A DNA stretch of 64,000 nt from Octopus vulgaris (GCA_951406725.2 OX597816.1:162378001-162442000), one strand, 5' to 3'; positions 45,501-59,622 are shown, numbered from the stretch's first letter. Made by a program: numbers and translations. The notes: generated from the sequence alone by a model not told the origin.

Positions 45501-46448
45501 TGTCAGTATATGCAGAAGGGGTTATCAAAGCGATTAGACTAGATTATTGTTATCCAAGGCTTAAAAGATCGAATTATCTATCCGAAAGTATATTTCCTGG
45601 TCGAATTATAGGTTGCAACAGATGATAAATAATCTCTATGAGGAATAGGGAAATTATTGGAATCTGGAAATAGAGATAACCAGAATGCGGAGTAGAGAAA
45701 TAGAAATAATGCTTAATCCCTATAATATGAGATGCCAAGAACTATGAACACAATTGAAATAAATATATACGCTCGCTCAAGATGCCATGCTGTGAGATTG
45801 AACATGGAGCCTTGTGGTTGGGAAGCAAAAATGCTTATAATACAGCAACGCCTATGCCAAATACTTATCCTTCAAAATTTAGTATTCGTTTCATGATATC
45901 TAGAAATTTGATAAAAGTTAAATTATCAATATTTTGTGACAGCCATTTAGCATATTTCCTCTTATAACCCATGGCAGCATAAGTACTCTTTCGTTATTTG
46001 ACAGCTAATTTTATTTGCATTTTCATTTAGGAATTTCCAATTTTCCAACATTTTGAAGGGTAAAGATCTGTTGATACCATCGAACCCAATACGGTATTGG
46101 CACTTAATTTTATCGAACCTGGAAGAATGAAAAGCGAAGTTGACATCGGCGCGGTTTGAACTCAGAATGGTGGGTTAATACTGCAACAAATTCTTTCTCC
46201 GATTCTCTAACGATTCTACCAGCTCACCGTCTTAAAAATTCAATAATGGTCTCCAGTTTCCAGCAAATTTCAGGAAAGGTTACTCGATATTATTTATTGT
46301 CGCAAATCCGTCGCTACGTTCTGAGTTCGAATTCCACCAAGGTCGATTTGTCTTTCATCCTTTTGGGGTCGATATATTAAGTACCAGTGAAATTTCCCTC
46401 CTAAAACTTCAGGCCTTATGCCTATAATATAAGGGATTATTTATTCTA

Positions 46449-47733
46449 TTGGGTCGTCAAGTAAGAAATTTATAGAAAAGAAACAAAAGTTGGCTAATGT
46501 TTTATAAATACAAGGAATCGTTTTATTCATCAAAGTATGCACCCATATTGTCAATACACTTTTGCCATTTCAGCGGTAGCTTGTCCAGCCCGGAACTGTA
46601 AAAGCCTGGCAATCTAGAGTCAATAACATCTTGGAAGGCCTGTTTTACAGCATCGTCGGAATTAAATTTTTTGCCTTTCAAAAAGTTATCGAAATTCTGC
46701 AAGAAGTGGTTATCATTGGGGGCAAGATCAGTTGAGTATGGTGAATGATGGGGAACTCCAACTCCAACTCCTGTAGTTTCGCCAATGTCATTTTTGCGAT
46801 GTGTGGTCTGGCATTGTCGTGCAATAAAAGAGGAGTGGATCTGTTGACTAATCTAGGCTGTTTTTTTGTAAGTTTCTGCATCATTTGGTCCACTGGGCTG
46901 CAGTATACTTCGGACGTGATTGATGAGCCAGGTTTAATGAAATCATAATGGATCACACCTGCGCCAGACCACCAAACCTCCACCATCAGCTTCTTTTGAT
47001 GAGTTTTGCTATTTGGGCCAGGTTGTGGTGCCTCGTCTTTGTCCAACCATTGTACTGAACGTTTACGGTTGTTGCATTGGATCCGTTTCTCATCACATGT
47101 TACAATTCGATTCAAAAGTGATTCATTTTTGCGACGAGAAAGTAGCATAATTCAGGCTCCCAAACGTTGCTGTTTCTGATTTTCATTGAGTTCATGTGGA
47201 ACCCACTTATCCAACTTTTTCATTTTATCGATTTAAACTAGGTGAGTCGATATTGTTTGCTTGCTAACACCAAACAACAAAGATAATTCACGGGAACTTT
47301 GAGATGGATCTGACTCGACGGTGGCTTTCAGTTCGTCATTATCCACCTTTGTTCCTGATCGACTGCGTTGTTCATTTGTGAGAATGAAAAGTTACGAGAA
47401 TGAAATTTTGCAAACCAATTTTATACTGTCTGCTGTGTAATGACATTAGAATGAAATACTTCATTAATATTCCGAGCTGTCTGTGATGTATTTCCAAGAA
47501 AGAACTCATATTTCAAAATCGTACGAATTTCCGACTTATCCATTTCTTAACAAAAATAGCTAAAAACGATTTATAAATACTTTATAAAGCGCAAAATGAG
47601 TTAGAATAAAGTAAGAGATGTGTCAGCTTTCTATCAAAAAATAAAGATTGTCAAATTATAATAATAGCGCAAAATGAGCAGCTGTCAAAGTTTACCATAT
47701 ACCTTATTACAAATTTTATATTTGACGACTTTA
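46449..47733 (-). mobile_element. Full-length mariner transposon relic (1285 bp)
   Basis: Imperfect TIRs TTGGGTCGTCAAGTAAGAAATTT / AAATTTTATATTTGACGACTTTA, flanked by TA. Confidence 0.93.
46523..47543 (-). pseudogene. mariner transposase pseudogene (cecropia/Hsmar1-like)
   Basis: MDKSEIRTILKYEF start, KWVPHEL, TCDEK, HDNARPH, YSTDLAPND and GAYFDE*; frameshifted. Confidence 0.9.
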
Positions 47734-47738
47734 TAGTA

Positions 47739-47950
47739 AAGGCGGCGAGCTGGCAGAATCATTAGCACGCCGGGCCAAATGCTAAACAGCATTTCGTTTG
47801 TCTTCATGTTCTGGCTTCAAATTCCACAGAGGTCGACTTTCCCTTTCATCCTTTTGGGATCGGTAAATTAAGTACCGGTGAAACACTGGGGTCGATATAA
47901 TCGACTAGTCCCCTCTCACCAAATTTCATGCCATGTAGAAGGAATTATCT
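47739..47950 (+). mobile_element. SINE family A, short tail
   Basis: Head GGCGGCGAGCTGGCAGAATC plus body. Confidence 0.85.
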
Positions 47951-48485
47951 ATTCTATCGACCCCGGAAGAACGAACAGTAAAAATGACACAGGTGTAACT
48001 TGAACTCCTAATAAATAGCACAAGATCTTTTTCCGACGCTCTAACGACTTAACCTGTTTTCTGCTTATAGGCCTACATAGCTTTGTTTTATATTTTTACA
48101 TCCTTAAGATACATCCTCAGGTAAAAGTCACACACAGCACTCTGTATTATGCTATTATACTGGTGTTAGTCAAAAATTTCGGAGTCCCGAGCAGTCGTCT
48201 TATAAACAAATACGAGCTTGCCTCAATGTCTCCGTGACAGGATATTCATGCAACACTTGGGATAATCACAGTGGTGATCGATAACCAAACCGTCATCATG
48301 ATCATCATCAACATTGTTGTCATGATTATCATCACTGCCATCATCGTCATCATCGTCATCAGCCTCATCAGCCTCATCCTCTCCCTCATCATCATAATGA
48401 CGATCAGAAGGATGACAATGACAACGATGATAGTAGTGGTGGTGATGGGGTCGGAGGATAATGATGACAATGAAGAAGGTGGTAG

Positions 48486-48546
<61 letters not shown>

Positions 48547-48936
48547 AGTGATGATGATGATTACTATGATGATGATAGTGATGATTTTAGTGGTGTTCAT
48601 CGTGGCGGCGGCGCCAGCGGTGGCGGTGGTGGTGTTTATATGAGCATACATCGTTGGTTAGGAATAATTTCTCGCGAGTCTTTTTTTCAAAATCGATCGA
48701 ACATTATCATAATTTCCTGCTTTTATAGAGAATACATCAACCTTACCAAAGAAATAGAATCTCATCTCAATGACACAAGAACTTTGGGTTATTTTCGGAT
48801 TATTCTATAATTATTCTATGTATTTTTGTCTCTGCGATGGTGACGAGAACAGCTTAAATTTCAGGATTTTCATCGCACGTCTCCTTCTTACTGACTCCTT
48901 CTGTCGATCTGTTTCTCTCACTTTCTCTCACTCATT

Positions 48937-48978
<42 letters not shown>

Positions 48979-49059
48979 GTTTTCTTCTCTTCCTTTCTAT
49001 ACTGTTCTCTATCTGGTTCGATTCTTGGTAGTTCTGGATATATATATGTGTGGGTATGT

Positions 49060-49116
<57 letters not shown>

Positions 49117-49996
49117 TGTATATACACATATATATATACATATATATGCATATATGCATATGCTTATATATATATGTATATATATACATATATATATGTA
49201 TATATATATATATATGTGTATGTATACATATATATACATATATATGTATATATATACATACATATATATATATATATGCATATACACGTATGTCTATGCA
49301 TACATGTTATATTCATACATAATATACACGCATATCCACATATATTATATACATACACGTGCAAATCCATACCTACAGTATATTATATTTATTTGTAAAT
49401 TCATACGTGCATGTATGTATATATATATGTGTGTGTGTGTGTATATATATATATGTGCATATATGTGTATGTATATATATATATATCTATATATGTATAT
49501 ATGCATACACAAGTATATGTATATTTAGCTTTTTTCAAACGTATACTCCATCGAATGATTGATTTGGCATATAAGGTGAGATATGAATGGTGTGACTAAG
49601 AGAGCGTGTATGGTTCTAAGTACACCGATGATGAATGGAACCCAACTCGGTCAGAGTCGTGCTAATTCGGTTGTCAGACTTTTTATAACCCTCAACCTAT
49701 TTGAGAACAGTAAGGTCAAAAACATATATATATTTCTATATAGATATAATTAATTCATGTGCTCTATGAGCCGTCACATCATTTTTCTCATACGTACTCT
49801 ATGTATGTATGTATGTATGTATGTATGTATGTATGTATGTATGTATGTATGTATGTATGTATGTATGTATCTAAGTATGTATGTGTATGTATGTATATGT
49901 ACATACATATATGTATATATTTGTATATGTATACATTTATAAATGTGTGTACGTATACGTACATACATACGTCTGTTTATCTATCTATCTATCTAC

Positions 49997-50032
<36 letters not shown>

Positions 50033-50055
50033 TTATCTCTCTCTCTCTCTCTCTC

Positions 50056-50100
<45 letters not shown>

Positions 50101-50624
50101 CTAACCTTCTTGAAAAGAAGACAAAATCTTTAGAAAGCCCTGGAAATGCTAGTCCTACTTCTGTGAATAAAATGTCACGAGCGAAACAACATTTTTTCGT
50201 TGCGGAAAAATAATCCCCTTCATCAGATAGGGAATACAGACCATGAAATGGTAGATACTGACCTAATAAAGAAGCTAAAAGAGGTATATTTCAGAATGGA
50301 AGAGAACAGCTTTGAAATTTGTAAATCCAAAAGCAGAATCCACTTGATTAAGTCATTGGTACATTTATTCTTTTGTGATAAAAAAAAACCCTGTAAAACG
50401 TAAGTAAATTTAAAAGTTAAAATTAGGGAAGCGTCAGAGTCTCCCTACACCGCTGAATCGATTGTCTTATCAATACATATCGCTTGAAAGAAGTTCTCCG
50501 AAGGTGAAACTCAACAGTTATTATTTCCATTTAATTGCTCATAGGGAGACCGTATTTATACTATGTACCACACTAAAAGTTTATGAGTCAATACCGTGTC
50601 CTATGCATTGTTTTAAGTATATCT

Positions 50625-50873
50625 CTACAGATTTTCAGTAGAGTTTAGAGCCACCACTGAAAGTTACGATGTTTCGTATATGAATACGTCTTTACAAACA
50701 ATGCGATCGAAGAAAGAAAGAAAAAAACAGGTAATATTGATAAAAAGGTAATAAGTGTGGAATCATATTTACCTACTTTTCTATCAAGCTCTCTGTCTTC
50801 GATTGCATTATTTACATCGATGTATTCGTAGACGAAACAGCGTAACTTTCAGTGTTGATTCTAAGATCTGCAG
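50625..50873. repeat. Fold-back (MITE-like) element
   Basis: CACTGAAAGTTACGATGTTTCG pairs with CGAAACAGCGTAACTTTCAGTG; complementarity continues to a centre near 50760. Confidence 0.8.
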
Positions 50874-50908
50874 TAGTTCAGATGACTATCTTGTAATGAG
50901 TTGGCTAT

Positions 50909-51650
50909 AAGGCGGCGAGCTGGCATAAGTGTTAGCACGTCGGGCGAAATGATTTGCGGTATTTCGTCTGCCGTTACGTTCTGAGTTCAAATTCCGCCGA
51001 GGTCGACTTTGCCTTTCATCCTTTCGGGGTCGATAAATTAAGTACCAGTTACGACTGGGGTCGATGTAATCGACTTAATCTGTTTGTTTATCCTTGGTTG
51101 TCCTCTCTGTGTTTAGCCCCTTGTGGGTAGTAAAGAAAGAGGTATTTCGTCTGCCGTTACGTTCTGAGTTCAAATTCTGCCGAGGTCGACTTTGCCTTTC
51201 ATCCTTTCGGGGTCGATAAATTAAGTACCAGTCACGACTGGGGTCGATGTAATCGACTTAATCTGTTTGTTTATCCTTGTTTGTCCTCTCTGTGTTTAGC
51301 CCCTTGTGGGTAGTAAAGAAAGAGGTATTTCGTCTGCCGTTACGTTCTGAGTTCAAATTCTGCCGAGGTCGACTTTGCCTTTCATCCTTTCGGGGTCGAT
51401 AAATTAAGTACCAGTCACGACTGGGGTCGATGTAATCGACTTAATCTGTTTGTTTATCCTTGTTTGTCCTCTCTGTGTTTAGCCCCTTGTGGGTAGTAAA
51501 GAAAGAGGTATTTCGTCTGCCGTTACGTTCTGAGTTCAAATTCTGCCGAGGTCGACTTTGCCTTTCATCCTTTCGGGGTCGATAAATTAAGTACCAGTTA
51601 CGCACTGGGATCGATGTAATCGACTTAATCCCTTTGTCTGTCCCCTCTAT
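50909..51650 (+). mobile_element. SINE family A tandem tetramer (183-bp period)
   Basis: Units start at 50958, 51141, 51324 and 51507 and are nearly identical; one head. Confidence 0.95.
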
Positions 51651-52619
51651 AAACAAATAAGACAGCGACAGCCTGTATTCTCATAGCCTTTGTTTGACAA
51701 GTGGCTCATCCAGGACGAGGAGAGTAACATACAAAAATACTCGGAAGGTACACATTTTCAGTTAAGTAGAGCAATATGGCATGAAGTTCCTTGCTCAAGG
51801 ATGCAACGCACAGCGCAATAAAGGGATTGAATTCCATTACTATGATCACGAACCGAACGCCTATCCCCCTTCGTCGTGCACATTTACGATGATCCTAGAT
51901 GAGAATCAGTTATTTGGTTGTCGGTCAGCACAACCTTCTCAAACTGACGAGGAACTCCCAAAATGGTCAATAATAGGAAACAAGGAGCCTCGAAATTGCA
52001 TTTTATCTTAAAATGTTTTGGATATTGTAGACTTAGATATGTAACCGTAAATGAAAGACTGTATTATTACGGCTAGAAGGTCATTGATTATATATCTGCC
52101 GGATAAGGGGATAAGCAATAGCAACAACGATAACAACAACAACAACACCATCTTATTTCTATATTTCAAGTGGGTTATAGTAAATATAATACCTCGTTCC
52201 TTATATATTCCGGAGACTATTTAATATTTAAAAGTCTTACATCTTTTTTCATCTCAAATATATTTATGTATTCAATTCGAAAAATACGTTCTCAGTAAAT
52301 GGCAAAAACAAAATAATAAAACGTAAAACAAAATAAGATAAAATAAACGAAAAAGAAGGAATGGAAAAAAAAAACAGGAAAATGTGCTCTCTCCCGCTAA
52401 TTTATTTCTTATATTAGAATTTTCTTTTACCAAATTCACAGTTGAAGCATTCCTTGTCGGAGAAAGTTCCCTTGGCAAATATTCTCTCGTCTGGTAAACA
52501 TATTTTTCAAATATTCATACATAATATATCGATTTCTTTCGACTCGGCTTACGGGCAATATATCATATATCGTATCATATCATATCATATTATTTATCTA
52601 TCTATCTATCAGTCTATCC

Positions 52620-52716
<97 letters not shown>

Positions 52717-53239
52717 CCTACCTACCTACCTACCTACCTACCTACCTACCTACATTTGCACATATACATATATAAACAAATATATATTTATACATACACA
52801 CGTGTGTGTGTATATGTGTATGTATATATGTGCTGGCAGGATAGAAGTAAATCTACTGAAACTCGCCCATGCGTATATATTTGTGGTATTTATTTTCATT
52901 TATTTTCATGGGTACAGAATATTAAATTTGAGTCCGGTGATATTTAAAGTTGAAACGAAGAAGAATGAATGTAAACTGTATGTTACTTGGATGGTCAAAA
53001 AGGTATTGCATAGCCATATCTAATTCATTTATGGTATTCTGCTCTCCTTATTCTTTATTCTGCGAGGAACCGAAGATGAGAAAAGAATGAGTAGTGGACA
53101 GAAAAAAGATGGACAGACACCGTCAAAAAATGAGCTGAAAAGAGAAGTCTTGTTAACGAACACGCGATCTTTGGCTCAAAACCGCGACAGATGTAGAAAA
53201 CTGGCGGGAAATTTGTCACAGCGACTTACATACGAGGTT

Positions 53240-53536
53240 TGTTCCTTCTCGAGACATGCCTGGCTCATTAGGGCTGATTTACCCGTTTCCTTGGCGTATA
53301 GGTTCGCCACCTGAACGGGACGCCGGTCCGTCGCAGGTGAGCAGCAAGATGCAGGAGGAAAGAGTGAGAGAAAGTTGTGGCGAAAGAGTCAGCGGAAGTT
53401 CGCCATTACCTTCTGCCGGAGTCGCTTGGAGCTCAGGTGTTTCGCTCATAAACACACACATCGCCCGGTCTGAGATTCGGACTCGCGATCTCTCGACCGT
53501 GAGTCCGCTGCTCTAACCACTAGGCCATATGCCTCC
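53240..53536 (-). mobile_element. tRNA-derived SINE (H1-like head + tail T3) with 12-bp target-site duplication
   Basis: ACATACGAGGTT at 53228-53239 and 53537-53548; A-box TGGCCTAGTGGTTAG on the minus strand. Confidence 0.9.
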
Positions 53537-56059
53537 ACATACGAGGTTGAGGGCTCAAACGATATTGGATAAGGTAGTTCCTAATTTAAAAAGAAAGAGT
53601 TGTCACGTGTAATCAAACAAGTCTACTTGTTGAAGGATAACATGCCTCGGAACACCAATACAAATACAACAACCAAGTTTTGTTCTATCCAATGAGGGAA
53701 GATTGCTACACAACGCTCGACCTACTGAAAATAGCAGTAAAAATACTCTCGCGTGATACACTTTTATCATAAATTAGAACAGTAGCATATGTGTGTGTGT
53801 ATGTGCGTGTATGTAACAAGATACAAACACATCCACAGCTTCTGTTTGTAGAGGTGATCTACGCATGGAAAATATATGTTCAAGTGGTACATGGGAAAAC
53901 AGCTTGTATAAGAAAGAAAACTGTATAAACCCTCGGACATATAAAACAATACCATGAAATGTTGGTTCTAATTTTTAGCGCAAAGCCAGTAATTTCGGGG
54001 AAGGGAATAAATCGGTTACATCAACCCCAGAACGTTAAGCCGGAAAAAATACCGCTATGGTAAATGGTCGAAACTTCTTCAACTCAAATACATTCTCTGT
54101 GCATGTGAGACTTTTACATTGAGTATTGCATTGTCAGAAATTTCATTAACCCATCCATTTTTCCCACCTGCCCCCACTTCTTTTTAGGAAAATCGTTGAG
54201 GTAGATTCCTCAGGCACATTCTTCGATGGGACTTATCAGAAGTAACCGCTATTGGATTCCTAAGCGCGACAAACGGAGGCTATGGATATAATCCAACCAT
54301 TTCGCTCTTGTGCTACCCCTTGGTCTACCACCGTTTGGCAAGATTTGAAGAATCTGTCTTGAGATTCTTTCCTATGGCATTCTATCCATTTCTCCATTGT
54401 ACCGGGGCTGTGACTTCTTACTGGGGAAATGTTGAAAGCCAACCTGGTGAGTCTCCCTGATTTCTGAGTTATGCTCCCTGTCGAGAATCTTTATTCCAGC
54501 GATCTTCAGAGGAGTCCCATTTCTGCCGCTTCCTTTTGCGATCGTACTCCTTCGGAAGATTGGTTGAAATTAACTATCAAATTTGAATTTAAAGTCTAAA
54601 TACAAAAAAGAAGCAACTATATCGATTGTAAATCCACTGCACAAAAATAATGCTACAGTAAATTTATCAGAATACTATATGGAGGTGAAAAGTCTGGTGC
54701 AGAGCGATATTATAAAAATATTTATGTGCGGAACGACATTATGAAAATATTTACGTCTGCTATACGGGATAGGAAAATGATAATGCAATATTAAAGTGTA
54801 AACATATGTTCTTATATTACATTCAAATGAATATATTTATTTTTCAAAGTTGAAAATATATTTCTAGAGAACACTATGATTGTGTGTGAGTGTCATTATG
54901 TTTAGATGAGGCTAAAAGATTATATGCTAATAGGCTATAGATAGCTCATTAGTGGTTTTAAACTTATATTATTGCGACACCCTTCCTAGTTGCAGGTTTA
55001 CAGACGAAATAAATATATTACCGTCTCTTATATCCTAAAGTCTAAAAATACACAAAAATAACACACAGAATACACTCGAAGTTTAATTCAGACTTTAATT
55101 TTTAATGTACAGAAATATCCACAGAGACATCTAAAATCCCGCCCACTTCCCATTTTCAGCTCAATGGCTGTAAACCTTTTATTAAGAATTGAATTAATAT
55201 AAACTATACTTGTAAAAATTTTGTGAAATCAAGTGGCAATTTGAATTGTTTAATCAGGAAGACTCACCGGGTAATAAATTACGTTTCAGCTTATGAAAAC
55301 ATTTCTTAAAAAATTCACCCACAACAGTAAAATTTTGGAAACTCTTAGCCATTGTTTCAAGTCAAGCCAGTTAATTAAAATGTACACAAAAAACATATTA
55401 GTTTGACCTTGAATTCCTTTAAAGTTAGATGTTATCAGCAGACATATGCATTCAAAGAACAGGAAAAATTTCTACAATCATCTCCAAGCACATTTGTCCT
55501 GTATGTTATTAAGGTGTAGATTCATTAAGGCTTAAAATTAAATAATCAATATTCTGTCTCACAATTTAAGATGCTCTCCTTCATGTTATATAAACATACA
55601 CTTTTTGTAATAATTATTCAGCAAAATTACGCATTAAAGATATAAAAACATTATCGGCACAACGCATATAACCTTCTACATTATCTAAACGGGTGTTTCA
55701 AACAACAATTTATACTTCAAATAGATGAATAAAGCAAAAACAAACAAATAAAAAATGAATGGGAGCAATGTAACTCGAAATTTTCCAATTTTCAAGAGGT
55801 TAAATAGGTCCATATATTGCTAATTATTTCTTACTTGTTACACTTTCCATACACACGCAATCGTCGCCATTTTACATTGTCAATCTATTACATATACTGT
55901 GTCATAATTTCTCCATGTTCCGAAGAAGCGCTATGCTCAAAACGTAAAACTACTACTTTTTTCCTTCTCTGAACGTCTTATTAATACGTTGCTTGTGTTA
56001 CATCCACACACACACGCACGCACACACACATACACACACACACACACACATACATATGT

Positions 56060-56324
<265 letters not shown>

Positions 56325-56327
56325 CCC

Positions 56328-56544
56328 TATAAGCCCTCGACAGAAAAAGTAGGCTTTTCCATCTGCGTGAGATTCGAACCCACATCCATTTGTTAACGCT
56401 ACTGTGTCACCATTACACCAGCTTCCCTGTTTCTGTCCAATTTGTGTTCGAGTCACATGCAGTGTGGGTCCGAGTCCCATGCGGGCTGTGGGTTCGTGTC
56501 CCACGCGAATAGCAAAGCGTACTTTATTCTGTCGAGGGCTTATA
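56328..56544. mobile_element. Head-to-head tRNA-derived fold-back element in (TA)n
   Basis: ~55-bp inverted arms beginning TATAAGCCCTCGACAGAA; minus-strand A-box TGGTGTAATGG and B-box GGTTCGAATC. Confidence 0.7.
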
Positions 56545-56617
56545 TGCCCTATTATTAGATTATTTTCTATACTCATTGCACGATGATCGCTATAAGCTTT
56601 AAGCTTATGCAGATACC

Positions 56618-56670
<53 letters not shown>

Positions 56671-56853
56671 TGCCTATTTTTATTTTTGTCTAGCCAGTCT
56701 TTTACTACTAAAGGTTTCGCTTGCGGACGTACAGGCATTTAAACAAGTAGCAACTTGCCTGAACACACTCTGTCAATCTTGAGCAAACGCAGGCAAAATT
56801 ACATATTTTTCTTTATTGTAGTAATTACAATGAAAGAAGATATGTAATGACCA

Positions 56854-57217
56854 TTATTACCCTGCGCGTAAGAAAAAGCAGGGTATTGTAGCCGCTCGTG
56901 TTAGTCTGTTTGTGTGTTTACAAAATTACTGGAAAACGGATGAACGGATTTTCACAAAATGTGGCAGAAATACTCATTGGGTACGTGGTTCAAATTCATT
57001 AAATTTTGGCTTGATAATCTTCATATCTGGCGGACAAATGAATCAAAATGTTTTGTTTTTTTTTTGTCTTTGTTACATATTCATAAACCATAGGCTGGGG
57101 AAATAACACGAGATGTCATTTTGCTTAAATATGAATTCGTCTGTGAATATATTTATTAAATTAAATTTTATTTTATCCTTGTGTGCAGGATATGCATCGC
57201 CCGTCCGACACCTTATT
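56854..57217 (+). mobile_element. HINE/DINE-1-like (Helentron-associated) element
   Basis: 5' TTATTACCCTGCGC with nearby inverse GCAGGGTATT, a GTCT/GTTT tract, then 3' GTGCAGGATAT and a small hairpin before a T-run. Confidence 0.5.
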
Positions 57218-57903
57218 TTTCATTTATACTTTGTCTTGCATATCACAACTGGAGCACAACCACGGATTCACAATATAGAATGGTGATGAACTATGACCTC
57301 GGACACTGCTAAAAGAATAAGTGGTGTTCTTTACTGATCTAAACAATATTGTTAACGTGGTGTGCTAACAGAAAACTTATAAAATATTTTGCCTGATTTG
57401 GTAATCCTTCTTTAATAATTCTATGTTAACCATATATATATATATATATATATATATATCCATTTAACGGCATACAAAAACTGTTATATTTGCTTACCAA
57501 TAATATCCTCAACTGCAGGAATCTAGGGTTGTACATAATTTCCGAGTAGGAAGACACGTTTATATCTTCTTTTTCTATTTCTAACATTCTTCTCTCTTAT
57601 TCCTTTCTAAACTGCGTTACTTATAACATTAAGCATGTCAGTTTAATATATGCATTGTTTATATTTTGATTCGATTTTAAAATATTTTAGAGTTAAAATC
57701 CTGCTGCATTGTGGTTGTTTGACTCTTTGACATTTGCTGCAAATGTATAAATTCAATTCCTCGGTTTTCTCATCTTATGTATTGTAAATGCATTTATATA
57801 TTTCATTAACGTTACTTCTTTTTTTATCCACATGGGACCATGTTCGGAAGAACAGAGAGGTCGTTCGTTTAATTCAGCTATACGTACTTATCTATCTATT
57901 TAC

Positions 57904-57979
<76 letters not shown>

Positions 57980-58066
57980 ATATATATATATATATATATA
58001 TATCTGGCTGTCTTCCTATCTATCTGGCTATCTATTTATCTATTTAGGTGTTTTATATTAAATACA

Positions 58067-58119
<53 letters not shown>

Positions 58120-58519
58120 CTATGTAGACATATACATATATGTGTATGTATATATATATATATCGACGTTAACATTCATATACAATATAAATTCATTGCA
58201 TATATATGCATACATGTATGATATATACATACACACACACTTATTCCCCACCACATATATATATGTACATGGCGCCATTGCGTCTGTCTTTACGCTTTGT
58301 GTTCTAATTCCGCCGAGGTCGATCTTGCCTTTCGTTCTTTCGGGGTCGCTAAAATAAGTGTACTAGTTAAGCATTGGGATCGATGTGTCGACTTCTTCTT
58401 CCCATGCCAATTGTTAGCCTTGTGCGAAAAATTTGCTGGAATTTTTTTACTATAAAATAGCAGAACAGATCATCAGAGGAAGAATCTAAATGCAATAAAC
58501 GTGGGGGATATTCTGTTAT

Positions 58520-58776
58520 TCTTTTATTCTTTTACTTGTTTCAATCATTTGACTGCGGCCATGCTGGAGCTCGGCCTTTAGTCGAGCAAGTCCACCCCAG
58601 GACTTATACTTTGTAAACCAATAGTTATTCTCTCGGTTACTTTTGCTGAACCGCTATGTTACGGGGATGTAAACACACCAGCATCGGTTTTCAAGCTATG
58701 TTGTGGGGAAAAACACAGATACACAAACACACACACACACACACACATACACACACACACACATATATATATGTAA

Positions 58777-58856
<80 letters not shown>

Positions 58857-59014
58857 CGAGCTTCTTTCAGTTTCCGTCTACCAAATCCAGTCACAAGACT
58901 TTGTTCGGCCCGAGGCTATAGTAGAAGACACTTGCCCAAGGTGTCATGCAGTGAGACTGAACCCGGAACCATGTGGTTGGTAAGCAAGTTGCTTATCACA
59001 CAGCCACTCCTGCG

Positions 59015-59017
<3 letters not shown>
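58520..59017 (-). mobile_element. SINE family B, full length
   Basis: Complete head, internal microsatellite and tail. Confidence 0.9.
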
Positions 59018-59101
<84 letters not shown>

Positions 59102-59115
59102 GTGTATGTGTGTGT

Positions 59116-59402
59116 GTGGAGGCGCAATGGCCAGTGGTTGAGGGTAGCGGACTCGCGGTCGTAGGATCGTGGTTTCGATTCCCAGACCGGGTGTTGTGAG
59201 TGTTTATTGAGTGAAAACAACTGAAAGCTCCTCGAGGCTCCGGCAGGGGGTGGTGGCGAACACTGCTGTACTCTTTATCCACAAATTTCTCTCACTCTTT
59301 CTTCTGTTGGCCTGCTCGCTTAGGCGTCATTTGAAGTCTAATACAATGTGAAGCGTATTGTAACCAGCGATGTGTAGCCTGGTCGGTCACGGTGATCACG
59401 GT

Positions 59403-59405
<3 letters not shown>
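59116..59405 (+). mobile_element. SINE with head H1 + tail T2
   Basis: The first ~185 bp match family C; the 3' part matches fragments at 5398 and 10949. Confidence 0.85.
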
Positions 59406-59472
<67 letters not shown>

Positions 59473-59481
59473 CATACAAAC

Positions 59482-59622
59482 AACGGGCTTCTTTCAGTCT
59501 ACCAAAACCACTCACAAGGCTACAATAGAAGACACTTGCCCAAGGTGCCACGCTGTGGGACTGAACCGGGAGCTATGTGGTTGGTAAGCAAGCTGCTTAT
59601 CATACAGCTACTCCTGCGCCTA
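59482..59622 (-). mobile_element. SINE family B 5' half
   Basis: Matches 58855-59017 with deletions. Confidence 0.8.

Noticed and set aside
50958-51650. CRISPR-like or tRNA-gene array
   Set aside because: Units are full-length near-identical SINE bodies without unique spacers; no cas genes; eukaryotic context.
59116-59190. Functional tRNA gene
   Set aside because: A and B boxes are present, but the sequence continues into a dispersed SINE body and I could not form a proper cloverleaf.
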